Notes under the pieces: model-generated
Database searches by the model: none
What the model was told of the DNA's origin: nothing
Seen by the model: the letters and a program-made list of their open reading frames with translations, nothing else
Part shown: in pieces, positions 51,310 to 63,189 of the stretch
How the letters are laid out: every line of letters begins with the position of its first letter
How positions within the stretch are numbered: position 1 is the first letter of the stretch
Position numbers and translations under genes: made by a program
Assembly: GCF_018350175.1 (NCBI RefSeq)
Contig: NC_058384.1
Location: forward strand, 67,146,001 to 67,210,000
Direction of reading: 5' to 3'
Origin: Felis catus
Lineage: Eukaryota
DNA length: 64,000 nucleotides

Positions 51310-51519
51310 CTCTTTCTTTCTTTTTTTTTTTTTTTTGAAGTTTTTGTTTAAAATTTTTTTATTTTAGAGGGACAGCCCAAGTAGAGGAGAGGGGTAGAGT
51401 GGGGGAGAGAGAGAATCAGAGCCTGCCTGACATGGGCCTCGATCCCACATCCCTGGGATGGTGACCCGAACTGAAATCGAGAGGCAGACGCCCAACCAGC
51501 TGAGCTACCTGGGCGCCCT
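51310..51519 (-). mobile_element. CAN-SINE (older subfamily)
   Basis: TSD TCCCTGCCTCTTT. Confidence 0.82.
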
Positions 51520-52149
51520 CCCTGCCTCTTTACTGGCAGTGCTTGTCATTCTGTCTTCGAGAAAGACAACGGATTAATCTCAAATAAGTGAATAGATGTT
51601 GACGAAGTAGCGCTCACAGGACCTGAGAAGTTACAGAGGAAGCTCGTCACACCATGAGGATTCCTCCCTCCCGTTTGTGATTTGCCCTGACGGCCACTCT
51701 GGTTGCAGTTCGGACTTGGGTGCCTTCTGGGTAAACGGGGGCTTTCCTGCTGCTGTCGGAGCCTCTCCTCTGGGAGCACCTGTGTGTCCTGGGCCCGTGG
51801 AAATCCCTTCTGGCAAGTTCCATCTGGCAAGTCTGTTCCCCCATCTGGCGTTCAAAGGCCCTTAGTGCTGCCCGGGCCGAAACAACATTGGGATTGCGGG
51901 CTGCCCACACCGTGTTCTGTATCGCCTGGCGTGAGTCTCCATCACTAAACTGTTCCGTGAACACAGCTTTGCCTCCTCCTTGACTTTGCTCATGGTCCTT
52001 CGTACTGTCAGACTCCTAGACTCCACCAAATCCTGTTCTATAAAGCAACATTTCTTTGGGTGGTGGGGAGGCTTGGATTCCAGACTACTCCGGCCCTCTG
52101 TACTCAGCCAGCACTCTTGTTTTCGCTTGCCCTTGTCAGGTCCCGGAGT

Positions 52150-53150
52150 TGAGACTCAGAAGATACAAGTTATGTGTCTCAAAAATGAGTTTTTTGAGAA
52201 AACTTGAGTTCATCCTAGAGTAGCCATTTTGGGGGAAAATGAAATTGGATTCCTACTTCATTGTTTGCAAAATTAATTCGAGGCAGCTGAAAGATTTAAA
52301 TACAAGCAAGTGAAACTAGAAGAAAACAGATTTTTAAATGTATTTATCACAGTGGGGAAAAATAAGGGCAAAAAAATTTACGTGCTGAGAACAAAGTGTG
52401 TGGGGGGGGTGATATTTGTACCAATACAAAGGTGAATTTCTTTACAGAATTTTCAGAATGTGGCAGTCAAGACGATTGGGACTACAGAAAAATAGGCAAA
52501 CAACAGCTCCAGAGTGACTGTAGAACAGGAGGTGTTCCACCTAATTCAGCGGGAAATGCAAATAAGCCTGGTAAAGACTCAGCGAGGGTGGGGGAAAACA
52601 GGCCCTCTGGTCTCAGGCAGAGGTCAATTCCACCTGGCAGCTCGAATCCTGACTTTATCTTACAGATTTGGGTTCAAATATATATGAAATGCACTACATA
52701 CAGGGATATTCATTTCAATGTTCGCCGTAGCCAAATGTTGGAAACGCGAGGTTCTGGTCAAACATATCCATGGGACGTCCCCCTGCAGTGTCACTGAAAG
52801 ACCAGTGGACAAAGGCAGTGCCAGGTGCACTGATACAGAACAGTCCTCCACGTGCAAGTGAAGATGAAAAAGCAAGCTGCAGAGCGGTGTCTGGATGCCA
52901 ATGTGTGGTGTCGCCTGTCTGTACATACATGCAATATGTGTATATATGTGGCAAGTAAGCTCCAGGCCCAGCCTGGCGCTTGAACTCACAACCCGAGATC
53001 AAGAGTCCTGGCATCCCTGCATAGAATGTCTTCGGAAGGACTCAAAGGTAACAGTGGTTGTTTGAGGGAAAGACCCAAGTCACTGGGGAATAAAGGTGAT
53101 ACCTTTTGCTACCTTATGAATTTTGTGTCCTATGCATTTATTATTAGCCA
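52150..53150 (+). mobile_element. Highly degraded L1 (L1M-type) remnants
   Basis: A-rich tract with L1 ORF2/3'-like words (AAATGAAATTGGATTCCTACTTCA, CAAATGTTGGAAAC...CAAACATATCCA). Confidence 0.5.
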
Positions 53151-53669
53151 AAATAATTAGCCAAAATAATTTTAAGCAGAAACACCAAAGAACAACAAAA
53201 AGCGGGTTTGTTCAGCCAGACAGGAATTCCTTTGCAAATACTACGTGCTGTTCTCACATCCTATTTACTGACGTCTCTCTTCTCCACAATAAAACCGTGA
53301 GCTCTTCTAGGACAGGAACCGGCGTACCCGGGGGCTCCATAAATATGAATAATTGACAAAAAGAACTATCTGGGGTCTGCTGTCTTTGCCCTGGAAGTCC
53401 TTCAAATCCCTCTGCCTCCCTCACAGGACCGAGCCAGTTTATTGGGATCCATTCGGATCTTGAATGCAGACACCCTGGCCACTTGTAGGCAAGAGCGGGG
53501 CCAGTCGGGTAGGAGAGGCCGCGAGTGTGGCTGTGCACCTGTGCAGGCCGGGATGCCTCGCAGCCCCAGGGGACGAGTTGCTCAAGCCGGAATCTGGGTT
53601 GAAGGAGGCGGTCTCTTTAAGAGCTGCTGGCTTGGCCCCGCCCTGCAGAGAGATCAGCTGCATCTGGAA

Positions 53670-53679
53670 GTCACATGAC
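53670..53679. promoter_or_regulatory. CLEAR/M-box element (TFEB/TFE3/MITF site) upstream of GLMP
   Basis: GTCACATGAC (consensus GTCACGTGAC) ends 36 bp before the ATG of a lysosomal membrane protein gene. Confidence 0.75.
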
Positions 53680-53715
53680 TGCGGTGTGTCTTCCGCCCTC
53701 GGAGGTTGGGGCCGC

Positions 53716-56187
53716 ATGTGCGGCTCCGAGGGGCTCCGCCGGGGCTGGGGGCGCTGTGCCCCCAGCCCCCTGCTCCTCCTGAGTTTGCTTGCGTCTGCAG
53801 CTCCGCTTGGCCTGCTGAGGGAGGAGACCCGCCAGGTGAGGGGCTAGAGCAGATGTTTCGGGAAACGCAACCCTGGGAGGGAGCTTGGAATCCGGGGCAC
53901 CCGAGGCGCAGGGGTGGGGTGGCTGCTTGGAGACGAGTTCTTCAGCCAGGGCTCCTGGGACAGGACTGTGGAGGAGGGCGGGTGTGAGGGTTCCCTGTCT
54001 TCCGGTGGAAGCTGGGCCCTGACTCAGCCCTGAGCGACCCAGGTCCGGGCGAGCGTTGGGCTGCTTCTCCCCCTGCCCCTGCCCTGCGCCCTCATCCGTC
54101 CGCTGGGGGCGGGGCAGTTGTGGCTCTGCCCTCCTCTCCCCCAGCCCTCAACCCGCCTCCTGCCTTTCCCCATCACGTCCAAGCTGCTTTGCCCTGTGTC
54201 TCTCCCCCGACCCTGTTCCCTTGACCCTCCACTGCTCCGTGTTCTAGGTGTCTCTGGAGGTCATCCCTCCCGGGCTGGACGCCCCCCAGAACCTCCTGCA
54301 CATCCGGGCGGTGGGAACCAACTCCACGCTGCACTACGTGTGGAGCAGCGTGGGGCCTCCGGCCGTGCTGCTCGTGGCCACCGACACCCCCCACAGCACC
54401 CTGAGTGTCAACTGGAGCCTCCTGCTGTCCCCTGAGCCTGACGGGGGCCTGGTGGTGCTCCCCAAGGACAGCATCCAGTTCTCTTCCGCCCTTGTCTTTA
54501 CCAGGGTGAGGAGGTTGGGGGAGAACCAAGGGGGAGCGTGTGCGGAGCAGAGGGTTCATCCGGATTCGAGGGAGGGACTGAAGACGGGGTGCGGGAAGCA
54601 GTCAGGTACGGGAGCCTGCGGGTGGGGGCCCGCGGGTGGGGGTGGTTCCGGGGACAGCTGGACTCAGGCGAGCCCTGCCCCACCTCACCCCACCCGCCAG
54701 CTCTTTGAATTTGATGGCGCCAACACATCCGAGGGGGCCGAGCCTCCGGGAGAACCGTATCGCCCGTATTCCCTGGCCAAGTTCTCCTGGAACAATATCA
54801 CGGACTCATTGGATCCTGCCACCCTGAGCGCCACATTTCGAGGCCGCCCCACCGACGACCCCACTGGGGCTTTTGCCAATGGCAGCCTCACCTTCAGGGT
54901 AAGGGTGTGGGGAAGCAGAGGAACTCAGAAGGCTGGTTTATGAAGGTGGGGGTGCCCTTCAAAGCCAGGCCTGCCCCCCTGCTTCCCGTCCTCCCCCACC
55001 TCCCCCATCCCAGGTGCAGGCCTTCTCTGGATCCGGCAGACCAGACCAGCCCCCGCGCCTCCTGCATTCGGCCGACACCTGCCAGCTAGAGGTGGCCCTG
55101 GTCGGGGCCTCTCCCCGGGGAAACCGCTCCCTGTTTGGGCTGGAGGTAGCCACCCTGGGCCAGGGCCCCGACTGCCCCTTGATGCAGGAGCAACATTCCA
55201 TCGACGATGAATATGCACCTGCTGTCTTCCAGGTCAGGCCTTCAGCAGAGAGGCAGGTGGGTGGGGGGATGCGGGAGAGAATCATGGAACCGTTTATCTT
55301 TTAGCGACATAGTTCAGCTCCTTTAAGTGACGGTCACTGTGCTGACAAATCTCTGCCTTCGGTGGAGAAGACGGAAGGCGGGCCTGGGGGCCTGGGGGTC
55401 TGGGGGCAGGAGCTGAGTGCAGGTTTGCAGAGGGTTGGGGCTGGAAAAGGACCCAGTGCCCGTGGCCCAACTCCCCTTCCGACAGAGGAGAGATTAAGGC
55501 TCTGTGCCAACAGCCTGTGAGTCCTTGAAGCAGACCCAGGACTCAGGACACCTAGTGACAGTTGGAGGCCGGGAAGGGTGGGGGAACAGAAGGGTTGGGC
55601 ACAGGCTGGTCCTCCTCAGCCTGTGGCTTGTCTTTCTCCCCAGGTGAACCAGCTGCTGTGGGGCTCCCTCCCATCCGGCTTCGTGCAGTGGCGACCAGTG
55701 GCTTTCTCCCAGAGGCAGAGGGGCCGGGAATCAGCCCTGCCCTGTCAAGCTTCCCCTCTTCACCCCTCCTTGGCATACCTCCCCCAGTCACCCATAGTCA
55801 GAGCCTTCTTTGAGTCCCACAATAACTTCTGTGCCTTCAATTTGACATTTGGGGCTTCCACAGGCCCTGGCTACTGGGACGCACACTACCTCAGTTGGTG
55901 AGGGCCTGGGGCAGGGCGGGGGTGCTGAGCCGGGGCTTTGGGAGGGGACGTGGGGGAGCCTGGCCTCCCAGCATATTCGTCTAATGTGCTCACCTCTGTT
56001 TCTCACTTGTGCTTGCCTCAGGTCGACGCTCCTGGGTGTGGGCACCCCTCCATTGGACACCTTGTCCCCACTAGTCCTAGGCATCATGGCGGTGGCCCTG
56101 GGTGCCCCGGGGCTCATGCTGCTGGCTGGAGGCGTGTTTCTGCTGCTGGGCCACAGGCAGTGCTCAGAATACCAGCCCATAAACTGA
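53716..56187 (+). CDS. GLMP: Glycosylated lysosomal membrane protein (NCU-G1/C1orf85), 6 exons, 404 aa
   Basis: Exons 53716-53835, 54248-54505, 54701-54898, 55014-55232, 55644-55897, 56022-56187; total 1215 nt. N-terminal signal peptide, [20 protein letters not shown], several N-glycosylation sequons, C-terminal transmembrane helix, and a YQPI (YxxPhi) lysosomal sorting motif. Confidence 0.96.
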
Positions 56188-56778
56188 GGCCCGCTCTTTC
56201 AAGGGCTGGATGTTGATCCCCGGACTTGCCCTGCTGGTCTGACAGACGGGGGGTCAGCTGCTCCCTTCTCCCACCTGGCTTTTCTGCAGAACATCAGGGA
56301 CACCTCCATCTTTCCGGAGAACCCCCAGATGGGGCTGCCCTCATACTTTGGGGAGGGCCAGGGGCAGGGCGATGGCTGGAGGGAGGGTCCCTTGGCGATG
56401 CCTTACTGCCCCTCTGCCCCCATTTCCCTTAAATGGGACTCACAGGCCTAAATGAGAGGCCTTCTGACTGACTGGCTGCCCTGGAGGGCACGAAATAGAC
56501 TCATTTTCTGCCCTGGGCTCCTCTCTCGGTGTGTGGGTGTCGCGGGCTGCTGTGCGGCCGGTCCTGGGAATGGGGGGCGGTGGGAGGGGCGTGGGAGGCA
56601 CTGCTCCAGTGCGGCCCCTTCTCACCAGACATAGCTTCCCTCCCTGCATGGGACCAGGCTGCCGCCAGCCTCACTCCATCATGTGGGGAGAGTCTGATGC
56701 AGCTTGGGTCTGACGAGGAAGGGACGCTCGAGAGCGGGGGGCGACCACAAAGAAGAGCCGGGGAAGTTGTGGCAGCCA

Positions 56779-56784
56779 TTTATT
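56779..56784 (-). terminator. TMEM79 poly(A) signal AATAAA
   Basis: TTTATT on the + strand, about 730 nt past the TMEM79 stop. Confidence 0.7.
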
Positions 56785-57514
56785 GTCAGACACATGGTCA
56801 GACGGGGTCGACGTCGGCCACTGTGCCTTGCAGCTGCTCCCCAGCCAGCACACACGTGGGTGCTGGCACACACCCCTGCCCTCTGGGGAGGCAGGCCTCC
56901 CCCTCCGCACCTCTTCCCATGGGAGGGGCGTGGCGGCTTCTGGGCAGTTCGGAGGCCGGAGGTTCGAGGGGCCTAAATAGGTTGGAAGACCAGAGGCCGC
57001 AGCTCTGGCGGGGGCAGTTTTGATCATCTCGACGGAGGCTAAAGATCCTACAAAGGCCAGTCGTGGAGGGTCCTGAGCCCAGGGCCCCAGGAAGGTTTTC
57101 ACCAAATGTGGAAGTCCAGTTTGGTGGGATGCCCAGCCTTTATCTTGGGCACGGGCAACACTTCCAGTCTCCCCGAGGCCCTCTGCTTGGACAGTGGCAC
57201 AGAAACGGTCAGTTTGGCTGTGGCTCAGCCCACTTGGTGCCTCACGGGAGGCTGGAGGCTGGAGGCCAGGGCGGGGTGGGGGGGGTGGCCACTGTGGGCA
57301 TGTGGGCTAGTGGCGGTGCTGGGGGCTGCTCCTGGCCCTGGGCCCTCAGCATCCGTAAGGGGCGTAGCCATCCAGTCCGTTCCCTGCCAGAAACCAAAGT
57401 CCCTCCCTCACGATTGCCCCAGGCCCCCAAGGTGGAGGACAATACCGATGGAGGGCAGAAGACAGAGCAGTAGTGGGGCTCGGCCTGGGGTGGGGGCGGT
57501 GAGAGGGCGGGCAC

Positions 57515-60500
57515 TCAGCCCCAGGGCCGGGGCCTGTGGTCCGAGGCCGAGCGGGCGTGGTCGGGGTAGTCGAGGCGGCTCTCGGCCGCGGTGAGCATGC
57601 GCTCGGGCTCCACCACGAACATGTAGTACAGGTTCCACACCAACATGGACAGCAGGGGCAGGAACGTGAGGCCGTAGCCGAAGCCTCGGAAGGAGCGGCC
57701 CACGGCGAAGGTCAGCCAGTATATCAGCCTGGGGGGCGGGGTGGGGGGGGCAAGAGGAAGTCAGGCCCCCGGAGAGGAGTGCACGGGCTAGCTGGCATAC
57801 AGGCTGGGGGAGGGGGGCACAGGCAGGGGGGTCCACGCGGGTCGGTGCCTACAACTGACACTTCTCAACCCCTGGCGGTTACGCGCTTACTATGTGCTAG
57901 GCGCCGCACTGATTCCTCCAGGGGCCTATTTAGACTTCTCCACGTGTCTGAGAGGCCGAGGCGTCATTCCCCTCCCTCTCTGTCTCCTTTTTAAACTTAA
58001 GTGTAAAACTTTGGCGTAGGCACCATACAGCCACATGGTTGGAAACGCCAAGGCCGCGGCGAGCGCGGTAAAATGTCTTCCTGTCCTGACTCGCAGCCGC
58101 CCTGTTCTCTCCACCTCCACTCCACCCCCTCCTCGGACGTCCAGTGTCACGGTGGCTTGCCCATCAAGGGCTGTTGTACGTGTAGATGAGTGAGCAAAAG
58201 ATTTATGTTTTCCTTTCCTCAAGTTTGGTAGCATGCCGTGCAGACTGCCCTGCACGCTTTTCCCCATTGACCGTGTCTTGGGCGCAGCTCCATCCGTACA
58301 GAAACAGCCTCCTCATTCATTTACGGCTGTAGTACGCTCCACTGTATTTATCTCTCCTTTTGAAGAAGAAACTCAGATTCCAAAGGGGTTAAGTAAAACT
58401 GGCCCAAGGTCACACATCAGGGAAATCGTAGAACCGTGATTTGAACCCAAGCCCGTTCATCGCCCTCTCTCCTGCCATTTTAGAGGGGCGGGGGGAAGGG
58501 AGGGTAAGGAAGCCAGCTTTGAGAGGGCCTGAAGCCCAGAGGCACGGGACCTCCCCCTCTCGGAAGATCCACTCCAAGTCCACACCCCTCAGCTTCCTCT
58601 CAATACGGGAAGGACCCCTTACTACAGAAGTGACGTGCCTCGCTCTTTTCCCGGAGCAGGGCAAAGTACCTGCTGCTTCTGTACTGCCCCGGGGGGCAGC
58701 AAGGCAGAATGAAGGAGAGGTTCCCCTGGCGAGCCCTTATCGGGCCGACTCTGGCAAGCACGCTACATGAATTAACTCGCTAGTCCCCACCGCTCCATTT
58801 CACAGATGGAGAAGTGGAGGCCCGAGCGTTTGAGTAACTTGCCCCGTGGTAGGGAAGAAAGGGCCCTGGTGACAGACGGAGGGGCCTGTATTCCAGGCCC
58901 CACCACTGCTGAGCGGCCTCAGCAGCTCCTCTCCCCCGGTGTGCTGTGCCTTCCCCACGGTGAAGTGGGTGAGGCAGGCTGGACAACCCTGGGGTGCTCT
59001 TTAGCCCCCTGACGATTCTTACTGCTCAAGCCGACTTCTGTCTGAGATCAGCACTCCCCAAGACGCACACGGGAGGGTGAGTCACACGAGGAGGAGAAAC
59101 CAGGCTGCACGCTGGTCAGGAGGCCGGTGGGACAGACAACCACTACACTACAATCAGAAGCGGCAGAGGAGACAGATTCCAGCTCAAGAGAAAGAATGTT
59201 CTAGCAGCTAAAGTGACCAGGAATCCCGTATCAAAAGTTAACAACAGGAAATACGTTAGGGGAAAAAATGGGAAGATCTCCGTGTGCCTCCAGAAATTCA
59301 GAAGTACTTTCTGGGTCAGCAGCAGTTCACGTGAAAGCAGCCCAAGGGTTCAGGTGACTTCCAAATGAGAGCAGAGGAGTGGGGCTGCCATGAGAGCCAC
59401 TGTGGCCTCCCGTCTGTAGGAACAGGAGGCCAATGCCTGTGACAACGGACGAGCAGGAGACTGCCCTGGCCAGAGGGAAGGTCACAGGAGCCTGAGGGAC
59501 CCTGGGGGAGCAGGGTGTTGCAGTGGGGGGACTGGGAGCTGTGGTCAAGTGTCTGAATTGTCTTAGGCAACTCCAGAGTCAAAGTCAGGGGCGCACTTTT
59601 TAGCACAATATAAATAAAAACTTTCTAGTGATGGGACTTGAAAAATGAAACAGACACTCTTACAAAGAACTGGACACTTGGTCACAGGGAGTGTTCAGCT
59701 AGAGGCCAGTGGCCAGCTGACCAGAGGGTCACGGAAGAGCGCTCCCAGCAACGAGCAGGAGGTTGATCGAGAGGACACCGGAAAGCCCTTCCAGTGTTAG
59801 GCGGTACCTGGGTCTCTGAACTCAACTTTATTTGGGAAGACACACCTGCTACCAGGTGAGGCAAGGTGCAAGGGGGACAGTGGAGGCACTGATGCGGGAC
59901 GCACGTGTGGGCTAAGGCAGAGTCCAGAAGGCTCCCTGCCCCCATCTCCCCAGGCCAGACGCCTGGGCCCTTCCAGCACCCTCATCTCCCCGGGGCCCCA
60001 CCCGAAACCCCACTCACCGGGAGACGGCAAAGAGACCAGTGAGCAGAGGGAGCAGCTTGAGGGTCTCTTGGGGCAGGTAGGTGGCGAGCACGGCCAGGTT
60101 GAAAAAGTACAGGATGAAGAGCTGGACCGACTGGGCCACATAGCGCCGGTGGATCTCCACCTCCCGCCGCGGCTCCCCGAAGGGCCGCAGCGCCGAGAAG
60201 CACAAGAGGCTGAGCCCGTACACCAGGAGCCCTGGGGCAGGGGGGAGGGGGGAAGGGCGCACAGGGGGTCAGCGCCCAGCGGCAACGGGAGGCGGGGGAG
60301 GGTTCGCGGGGGGGGGGGGCTCCCACCCCGGCACCGGCTGGGCACACCGGGCGGCGGCGCGGGGGAGGCCCAGGGAAGGGGAACTCTGCCCCCGGCCCCG
60401 CTCCCTTCTCCCCTGCCCGGCTCACCCAGTACGATGGGGAAGGTGGCAAAGACCCCGCAGCGCAGCGTGTAGATGAGGCGGGAGCTCATGGTAGGCAGCC

Positions 60501-61185
60501 GCGGGGCGTCGAAGGGCAGGAAGGCGTAGGCCCCGTACAGCAGGCAGGGGAAGAGAACGAGGGCGGCTCCCACCGAGGCCACGGCCCGCACCCCGTCCCG
60601 GCCCCCGCAGCCCCCGCAGGCCCCGCAGGAGCGGCCTGGCGGCCTCACCGCGGCCTCGGCCCACTTGCGCTCGGGGGGCTCGGGCTGGGTGGCCCGGGCA
60701 GGCGGGCGGGTCCGGTGGCGCTCGCCCTCACCCGCCTCGCAGCGCACAACCAGGTCCTCCTGGGGCCGCCGCTCGATGCACTGCAGGTCGATGGGCACAA
60801 AGGCCCGGGCCGCCTTCTCGGGCAGCAGGTTGGCATCATCTTCGGACAACTCCTCTAGCTTGGTGGGTGGCTCTGAGCGGAGGGGCTCGGGCTCGATGTC
60901 CCGCCATCCGGGGGGGTCTGGGAACGGGGCACTGGGCTGAGGGCCAGTCCCCCAGGGCAGGGTGGCAGCTTCGCTTACCGTGCTGTCGAGACCATCCTCA
61001 GTCCCCTCTTCGGCTGTGGGAGACCCAGCAGAAGACCCCGCCCCGGAGGACTCGGCTCCACAGGACTCAGCCCCACCTTCCCCTTCCGGCTGCCGGCCAT
61101 TGGGGACCAAGGCCTGGGGCGAGCTCTTCTCCGGGGCCTCAGACCCCTTCACTTCCAGCAGGGCCAGGGTCTCGGGTTCTGTCAT
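57515..61185 (-). CDS. TMEM79: Transmembrane protein 79 (mattrin), 3 coding exons, 395 aa
   Basis: Exons 61185-60426, 60231-60018, 57728-57515; total 1188 nt with GT-AG junctions. [14 protein letters not shown]...[12 protein letters not shown]...[38 protein letters not shown]...[14 protein letters not shown]...RPRPWG*. Confidence 0.97.
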
Positions 61186-63189
61186 CCTGGGGCCTCAGTT
61201 CTGGGGTCTACCATGAGGTCCTATCACCCTACAGGGAGCAGAAGAAAGCTCTGTCAAAAGTTCCTGGCTTCTGGCCCTTGGGACAAGGGATAGACTTGGA
61301 ACTCTCTGGGGCAGCTGGTCTCACGGGCTTTAGCCCCTTCTGGGACCTTAGGGAGAACACGGTACCGAGGAAGGTGTTGAAACAGAAGGAGGTAGGAGGG
61401 AAGGGAGCGGCTGAAATGGAGACACCCTTTCGACGTCAGATGCCATCCAGCAGGAGAGGGTGAGTCAGGGGGCACAGGCGTTGGCAGCTGTGGCCTCAGC
61501 CAGCTCCCGCCCGTGCCTTCTACCAGCCGCCTCCGAAACCCCCGGGGTCACGCCCACCCTAGTGCAGAAACCAGAGGAAGGTGGGGTGTCCAGAACTTTG
61601 CCTGGAGCCCCCTTCCCACTAGGGGCCTCTTGTGGCCAGAGGCTGCGCCTTTACCCTCAAACCTCCCCTTCTTGTAGATCCTTGTTTGAAACTCTCCTGG
61701 AAACCGATACCAGTGATTTGCTAATAAGTCTGTCCCAAGGAGCCCGCAACAGCAGTGCGCCCTGTTCTTTCGTCCGCAGTGTGGGTACCTGGGTGGTTTC
61801 CATGCTCTTCGCTAGTCCGTGCCCTCCATCCTCCCTCTCCAGGGGGCCTGGGGCTGTCCATTCTGGCTTCTAGGTCTAATTATGGCCGTTCCCCATGCCT
61901 CCCCTCCTGTTTTTCTCCGTCTCCCCCATCTCACTGCTTCTGGATGGGGCAGAGTCCCCTCCCTCCACCTCCTCAAGGGCCTTCTCCCCCTTGCCATGTG
62001 AACCCATGACACCCTCTTACTTTCCATCTGCAGAGGCGGAGGGTCCCCAACGTTTGGGAAGGAGCTGCCCAGCTCCCTGCTGGCTCTGCAAGTATCCCTC
62101 TCAGTCTCTCTCCCTTTACCTGTGTCTCCAAACCTGTCTGACCAGAGCAGGTGGGGCCCAGATTAAAGGGGCAGGCCCTGCCCTGCTGAATCTGCCGACA
62201 GAAAAAGCATTGGAGGACGTCACCCTTTCCGAAAGTGGGGGTGCAGCTGGGCACAAGGGTAAGTGTGTGCTCTAGGCAGGTGGGATGTCTAGGAGCTTGA
62301 AGCCCCGGAAAGCAGAGGGCACATCAAAGGGTGCTCGGAGTAGGTAGAAAAGGCGGAACTTCTACACTTGTGCAGTATTTGGTGAGCACCTGTTATTGGC
62401 TAGGCACTATTCTAGGCACAGACATAGGAGAGAAGAGTGCAGGCAAGGTCCCTGCCCTCGAGTAGCCTGTTCTATTGTGGTAACAGATAATAAAGAGCCT
62501 AATCAACAGGACAGTTTGAGTAGAGAAAACCTCTTTGCCAAGACAACATTTGAGCTGAGACCTGACAGGAAATGAGGAGGGCTCCAAGGAGGAGACAGAG
62601 CAAGTAAAAGACCCACTTAGGCTGGTTCAGGAACAGAAGAAAGGCTGGTGGCTGGAACCAGGAGCACCGAGGTGGAAGGGAATTTATGTTCCTATCACAA
62701 CTTCCCCAGACTTCCCAAGATACCTTGCTTTTTTTTAGCCTAGGTTCAATGCCAAGAAAGCAATAGGAATCCAAGGTAATCTTTCCAAGGCAGAAACGTG
62801 AGAGAGGGGCTTCTCATTCCTGTGGGACCTCACCCCAAAGTCACTTGAGCTTTGTGAGGGCGGGACAGGGTCTGGATCGCTCTTCGCCCGTGTCTCCAGA
62901 ACCCAAGGCTGGAAGACAGCAGGCGTTCAATAAATGTCTGCTGGGCTGCTGAGAGACAGCAAGTGGAAGGCTGTGGGGTAGGGGAGCTGAGGGCGAGGCG
63001 CCTGCACGAGGGTCACGTCTTGGAGGGGCCTCACTCTTACGGTCCTCCTCCTCTCCCCAGGAAACTCTCACATACACTTTCGTTTGTTCTTTTAAGCACC
63101 GGGGGAAAGGGAGAACTGGATCACCTGCAACCTGAGAGAGACGCGACTCAAATGGGGGGACAGGTGTAGGGTCGGCAGAGCGGACCAAA

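Noticed and set aside
51546-51964. Possible processed pseudogene between CCT3 and GLMP
   Set aside because: No translation resembles a protein I recognise, and there is no poly(A) tail or TSD; left unassigned.
53464-53715. In-frame N-terminal extension of GLMP
   Set aside because: Extends across the CLEAR/promoter region; the ATG at 53716 gives a proper signal peptide matching known GLMP.
59797-61185. 462-aa single-exon TMEM79 ORF
   Set aside because: Reads through the donor at 60425 into a GC-rich intron and out of frame; the spliced 395-aa model fits the known protein.
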